Position numbers and translations under genes: made by a program. Shown here one piece after another: positions 58,702-64,000 of a stretch of 64,000 nt of DNA. How positions within the stretch are numbered: position 1 is the first letter of the stretch; the number at the start of each line of letters is the position of its first letter. The DNA is from Escherichia coli (GTDB lineage Bacteria > Pseudomonadota > Gammaproteobacteria > Enterobacterales > Enterobacteriaceae), in assembly GCF_001677475.2 (NCBI RefSeq), contig NZ_CP015229.1. The stretch is one strand, 5' to 3'. Under the pieces are notes generated by a model. It was not told the origin of the DNA. It was given only the letters and a program-made list of their open reading frames with translations, and ran no database searches.

Positions 58702-59754
58702 ATGAATTATCAGAACGACGATTTACGCATCAAAGAAATCAAAGAGTTACTTCCTCCTGTCGCATTGCTGGAAAAATTCCCCGCTACTGAAAATGCCGCG
58801 AATACGGTCGCCCATGCCCGAAAAGCGATCCATAAGATCCTGAAAGGTAATGATGATCGCCTGTTGGTGGTGATTGGCCCGTGCTCAATTCATGATCCTG
58901 TCGCGGCTAAAGAGTATGCCATTCGCTTGCTGGCGCTGCGTGAAGAGCTGAAAGATGAGCTGGAAATCGTAATGCGCGTCTATTTTGAAAAGCCGCGTAC
59001 CACGGTGGGCTGGAAAGGGCTGATTAACGATCCGCATATGGATAACAGTTTCCAGATCAACGACGGTCTGCGTATTGCCCGTAAATTGCTGCTCGATATT
59101 AACGACAGCGGTTTGCCAGCGGCGGGTGAGTTTCTTGATATGATCACTCCACAATATCTCGCTGACCTGATGAGCTGGGGCGCAATTGGCGCACGTACCA
59201 CCGAATCGCAGGTGCACCGCGAACTGGCGTCTGGTCTTTCTTGTCCGGTCGGCTTCAAAAATGGCACCGACGGTACGATTAAAGTGGCTATCGATGCCAT
59301 TAATGCCGCCGGTGCGCCGCACTGCTTCCTGTCTGTAACCAAATGGGGGCATTCGGCGATTGTGAATACCAGCGGTAACGGTGATTGCCATATCATTCTG
59401 CGCGGCGGTAAAGAGCCTAACTACAGTGCGAAACACGTTGCTGAAGTGAAAGAAGGGCTGAACAAGGCGGGTTTACCGGCGCAGGTGATGATCGATTTCA
59501 GCCATGCAAATTCGTCCAAACAGTTCAAAAAGCAGATGGAAGTTTGCGCTGACGTTTGCCAGCAAATTGCCGGTGGCGAAAAAGCTATTATTGGCGTGAT
59601 GGTTGAAAGCCACCTGGCGGAAGGGAACCAGAGCCTGGAAAGCGGTGAGCCGCTGGCCTATGGCAAGAGTATCACCGACGCCTGCATTGGCTGGGAAGAT
59701 ACCGATACTCTGTTACGTCAACTGGCGAATGCAGTAAAAGCGCGTCGCGGGTAA
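58702..59754 (+). CDS. aroG: DAHP synthase, Phe-sensitive
   Basis: 350-aa ORF. Confidence 0.97.
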   Translation: MNYQNDDLRIKEIKELLPPVALLEKFPATENAANTVAHARKAIHKILKGNDDRLLVVIGPCSIHDPVAAKEYAIRLLALREELKDELEIVMRVYFEKPRTTVGWKGLINDPHMDNSFQINDGLRIARKLLLDINDSGLPAAGEFLDMITPQYLADLMSWGAIGARTTESQVHRELASGLSCPVGFKNGTDGTIKVAIDAINAAGAPHCFLSVTKWGHSAIVNTSGNGDCHIILRGGKEPNYSAKHVAEVKEGLNKAGLPAQVMIDFSHANSSKQFKKQMEVCADVCQQIAGGEKAIIGVMVESHLAEGNQSLESGEPLAYGKSITDACIGWEDTDTLLRQLANAVKARRG

Positions 59755-59848
59755 TTTATAGTCGAATCGCATGACTGTAAGTTTGTAGCCTTGATAAGAC
59801 GCGCAGCGTCGCATCAAGCAATGTGCTCCATTGTTAGCAACGACAAAC

Positions 59849-59887
59849 AAAAAAGCCGACTCACTTGCAGTCGGCTTTCTCATTTTT
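59849..59887. terminator. bidirectional intrinsic terminator between convergent aroG and gpmA
   Basis: aaaaaagccgactcacttgcagtcggctttctcattttt: 7-bp stem flanked by A-run and T-run. Confidence 0.75.
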
Positions 59888-59900
59888 AAACGAATGACGT

Positions 59901-60653
59901 TTACTTCGCTTTACCCTGGTTAGCCACCGCCGCTGCTTTCGCTGCGATCTCGTCAGCATTACCCAGATAATAGCGTTTCAGCGGTTTGAAGTTCTCGTCA
60001 AACTCATACACCAGCGGCACGCCAGTCGGGATATTCAGCTCAAGAATCTCTTCTTCGCTCATGTTGTCGAGATATTTCACCAGCGCACGCAGGGAGTTAC
60101 CATGAGCGGCGATGATGACGCGCTCACCGCTCTTCATACGCGGCAGAATGGTTTCATTCCAGTAAGGGATCACGCGATCAATGGTCAGCGCTAGACTTTC
60201 AGTCAGCGGCAGTTCTTTCTCGCTCAGCTTCGCGTAACGCGGATCGTGACCCGGATAACGCTCATCATCTTTAGTCAGCTCCGGCGGAGTCACCGCAAAA
60301 CCACGACGCCACTGTTTCACCTGCTCGTCGCCATACTTTTCAGCGGTTTCTGCTTTGTTCAGACCCTGCAACGCACCGTAGTGACGTTCGTTCAGTTTCC
60401 AGGATTTCTCAACGGGCAGCCATGCCTGATCCAGTTCGTCCAGCACATTCCACAGGGTATGGATAGCGCGTTTCAGCACAGAGGTGTAAGCAAAGTCAAA
60501 GCTGTAACCTTCCTCTTTCAGCAACTTACCTGCTGCTTTTGCTTCGCTTACGCCTTTCTCAGACAGATCCACGTCGTACCAACCGGTGAAACGGTTTTCT
60601 TTGTTCCACTGACTTTCGCCATGACGAACCAGAACTAGCTTAGTTACAGCCAT
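59901..60653 (-). CDS. gpmA: 2,3-bisphosphoglycerate-dependent phosphoglycerate mutase
   Basis: 250 aa from [17 protein letters not shown]; track ORF starts 15 nt upstream. Confidence 0.96.
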
Positions 60654-60681
60654 ATACTTACTCCTCAAATCATCTTTTAAT

Positions 60682-60699
60682 GATAATAATTCTCATTAT
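60682..60699 (-). promoter_or_regulatory. candidate Fur box upstream of gpmA
   Basis: gataataattctcattat resembles the GATAATGATAATCATTATC Fur consensus, ~30 bp upstream of gpmA start. Confidence 0.6.
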
Positions 60700-60855
60700 A
60701 TTGCCGTAACGAAGCAACAGCAATGCTTACGCATAACCATAGCGAAAATAGTGTCGCAGTGTAAGGTTGTTGTGAATATTGAGTTGCAAATATGTCGGTG
60801 TTTGCTGGTGATTTGAACAATATGAAGATAAAGCCCTCATGACGAGGGCTTAACA

Positions 60856-61896
60856 TTACTCAGCAATAAACTGATATTCCGTCAGGCTGGAATACTCTTC
60901 GCCAGGACGCAGGAAACAGTCCGGTTGCGGCCATTCAGGGTGGTTCGGGCTGTCCGGCAGAAACTCGCTTTCCAGAGCCAGCCCTTGCCAGTCGGCGTAA
61001 GGTTCGGTTCCCCGCGACGGTGTGCCGCCGAGGAAGTTGCCGGAGTAGAATTGCAGAGCCGGAGCGGTGGTGTAGACCTTCAGCTGCAATTTTTCATCTG
61101 CTGACCAGACATGCGCCGCCACTTTCTTGCCATCGCCTTTGGCCTGTAACAAGAACGCGTGATCGTAACCTTTCACTTTGCGCTGATCGTCGTCGGCAAG
61201 AAACTCACTGGCGATGATTTTGGCGCTGCGGAAATCAAAAGACGTTCCGGCGACAGATTTCAGGCCGTCGTGGGGAATGCCGCCTTCATCAACCGGCAGA
61301 TATTCGTCCGCCAGAATCTGCAACTTGTGATTGCGCACGTCAGACTGCTCGCCGTCAAGATTGAAATAGACGTGATTAGTCATATTCACCGGGCAAGGTT
61401 TATCAACTGTGGCGCGATAAGTAATGGAGATACGGTTATCGTCGGTCAGACGATATTGCACCGTCGCGCCGAGATTACCCGGGAAGCCCTGATCGCCATC
61501 ATCTGAACTCAGGGCAAATAGCACCTGACGATCGTTCTGGTTCACAATCTGCCAGCGACGTTTGTCGAACCCTTCCGGGCCGCCGTGCAGCTGGTTAACG
61601 CCCTGACTTGGCGAAAGCGTCACGGTTTCACCGTCAAAGGTATAACGGCTATTGGCGATACGGTTGGCATAACGACCAATAGAGGCCCCCAGAAACGCGG
61701 CCTGATCCTGATAGCATTCCGGGCTGGCACAGCCGAGCAGCGCCTCGCGGACGCTGCCATCGGAAAGCGGAATACGGGCGGAAAGTAAAGTCGCACCCCA
61801 GTCCATCAGCGTGACTACCATCCCTGCGTTGTTACGCAAAGTTAACAGTCGGTACGGCTGACCATCGGGTGCCAGTGCGGGAGTTTCGTTCAGCAC
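60856..61896 (-). CDS. galM: aldose 1-epimerase (galactose mutarotase)
   Basis: 346-aa ORF. Confidence 0.96.
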
Positions 61897-63038
61897 TGTC
61901 CTGCTCCTTGTGATGGTTTACAAACGTAAAAAGTCTCTTTAATACCTGTTTTTGCTTCATATTGTTCAGCGACAGCTTGCTGTACGGCAGGCACCAGCTC
62001 TTCCGGGATCAGCGCGACGATACAGCCGCCAAATCCGCCGCCGGTCATGCGTACGCCACCTTTGTCGCCAATCACAGCTTTGACGATTTCTACCAGAGTG
62101 TCAATTTGCGGCACGGTGATTTCGAAATCATCGCGCATAGAGGCATGAGACTCCGCCATCAACTCGCCCATACGTTTCAGGTCGCCTTGCTCCAGCGCGC
62201 TGGCAGCTTCAACGGTGCGGGCGTTTTCAGTCAGGATATGACGCACGCGTTTTGCCACGATCGGGTCCAGTTCATGTGCAACAGCGTTGAACTCTTCAAT
62301 GGTGACATCGCGCAGAGCTGGCTGCTGGAAGAAACGCGCACCGGTTTCGCACTGTTCACGACGGGTGTTGTATTCGCTGCCAACCAGGGTACGTTTGAAG
62401 TTACTGTTGATGATGACGACAGCCACACCTTTCGGCATGGAGACTGCTTTGGTACCCAGTGAGCGGCAGTCAATCAGCAAGGCATGATCTTTCTTGCCGA
62501 GCGCGGAAATTAGCTGATCCATGATCCCGCAGTTACAGCCAACAAACTGGTTTTCTGCTTCCTGGCCGTTAAGCGCGATTTGTGCGCCGTCCAGCGGCAG
62601 ATGATAAAGCTGCTGCAATACGGTTCCGACCGCGACTTCCAGTGAGGCGGAAGAACTTAACCCGGCACCCTGCGGCACATTGCCGCTAATCACCATGTCC
62701 ACGCCGCCGAAGCTGTTGTTACGCAGTTGCAGATGTTTCACCACGCCACGAACGTAGTTCGCCCATTGATAGTTTTCATGTGCGACAATGGGCGCATCAA
62801 GGGAAAACTCGTCGAGCTGATTTTCATAATCGGCTGCCATTACGCGAACTTTACGGTCATCGCGTGGCGCACAACTGATCACGGTTTGATAATCAATCGC
62901 GCAGGGCAGAACGAAACCGTCATTGTAGTCGGTGTGTTCACCAATCAAATTCACGCGGCCAGGCGCCTGAATGGTGTGAGTGGCAGGGTAGCCAAATGCG
63001 TTGGCAAACAGAGATTGTGTTTTTTCTTTCAGACTCAT
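61890..63038 (-). CDS. galK: galactokinase
   Basis: 382-aa ORF, GHMP kinase motifs. Confidence 0.97.
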
Positions 63039-63041
63039 TTC

Positions 63042-64000
63042 TTACACTCCGGATTCGCGAAAATGGATATCGCTGACTGCGCGCAAACGCTCTGCTGCCT
63101 GTTCTGCGGTCAGGTCTCGCTGGGTCTCTGCCAGCATTTCATAACCAACCATAAATTTACGTACGGTGGCGGAGCGCAACAGAGGCGGATAAAAGTGCGC
63201 GTGCAGCTGCCAGTGTTGATTCTCTTCGCCATTAAATGGCGCGCCGTGCCAGCCCATAGAGTAGGGGAAGGAGCACTGGAAGAGGTTGTCATAACGACTG
63301 GTCAGCTTTTTCAACGCCAGCGCCAAATCGCTGCGCTGGGCGTCGGTCAAATCGGTGATCCGCAAAACGTGGGCTTTGGGCAGCAGTAGCGTTTCGAACG
63401 GCCAGGCAGCCCAGTAAGGCACAACGGCTAACCAGTGTTCGGTTTCGACAACGGTACGGCTACCGTCTGCCAGCTCGCGCTGAACATAATCCACCAGCAT
63501 TGGCGATTTCTGCTCGGCAAAATATTCTTTTTGCAGGCGGTCTTCGCGCTCAGCTTCGTTAGGCAGGAAGCTATTTGCCCAAATCTGTCCGTGCGGATGC
63601 GGGTTAGAGCAGCCCATCGCCGCGCCTTTGTTTTCAAAGACCTGCACCCACGGGTATGTTTTCCCCAGTTCTGCGGTTTGCTCCTGCCAGGTTTTGACGA
63701 TTTCCGTCAATGCCGCAACGCTCAGTTCTGGCAACGTTTTACTGTGATCCGGTGAAAAGCAGATCACCCGGCTGGTACCGCGCGCGCTCTGGCAACGCAT
63801 TAGCGGATCGTTGCTTTCTGGCGCATCTGGCGTGTCAGACATCAAGGCCGCAAAGTCATTAGTGAAAACGTAAGTCCCGGTGTAATCGGGGTTTTTATCG
63901 CCTGTCACCCGCACATTACCTGCGCAGAGGAAGCAATCTGGATCGTGCGCAGGTAACACCTGTTTGGCTGGCGTTTCCTGCGCCCCCTGCCAGGGGCGCT
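63042..64000 (-). CDS. galT: galactose-1-phosphate uridylyltransferase, 5' end truncated by window edge
   Basis: Open frame continues to the window end; HPHGQ active-site motif present. Confidence 0.93.
   Translation of the reverse strand, partial: RPWQGAQETPAKQVLPAHDPDCFLCAGNVRVTGDKNPDYTGTYVFTNDFAALMSDTPDAPESNDPLMRCQSARGTSRVICFSPDHSKTLPELSVAALTEIVKTWQEQTAELGKTYPWVQVFENKGAAMGCSNPHPHGQIWANSFLPNEAEREDRLQKEYFAEQKSPMLVDYVQRELADGSRTVVETEHWLAVVPYWAAWPFETLLLPKAHVLRITDLTDAQRSDLALALKKLTSRYDNLFQCSFPYSMGWHGAPFNGEENQHWQLHAHFYPPLLRSATVRKFMVGYEMLAETQRDLTAEQAAERLRAVSDIHFRESGV

Overview
This 64 kb window reads as an Escherichia coli-type chromosomal segment (not K-12) with a conserved backbone and one large accessory island. 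Backbone, in K-12 order: two transposase remnants, ybgA-phr, an intact IS3-family element (IS1397-like) inserted into a REP palindrome, dtpD, ybgI-pxpB-pxpC-pxpA (pxpC apparently frameshifted), nei, abrB, the cryptic ybgOPQD fimbrial operon, gltA, sdhCDAB-sucABCD with the sucD 3'UTR (SdhX region), then cydAB-cydX-ybgE, ybgC-tolQRA-tolB-pal-cpoB, the seven-gene lysT/valT tRNA operon, nadA-pnuC, zitB, ybgS, aroG, gpmA and galM-galK-galT (galT cut by the window end). Between sucD and cydA, where K-12 carries mngR-mngAB, there is a ~15 kb island (28950-43917). It encodes an RtcB-family RNA ligase paralog with a divergent LysR regulator, and a minus-strand block for the methylaspartate route of glutamate catabolism: glutamate mutase glmS-glmL-glmE, methylaspartate ammonia-lyase, a class I fumarase/mesaconase (FumD-like), a DAACS transporter and a BtuR-like adenosyltransferase. 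Two parts of the island are the best candidates for undescribed biology: a translationally coupled pair of unrecognised genes embedded in the operon (35691-37375), and a low-GC pair of unrecognisable proteins at the cydA-proximal edge (42469-43917). All calls rest on my reading of the ORF translations, remembered protein sequences and synteny; no database search was run.
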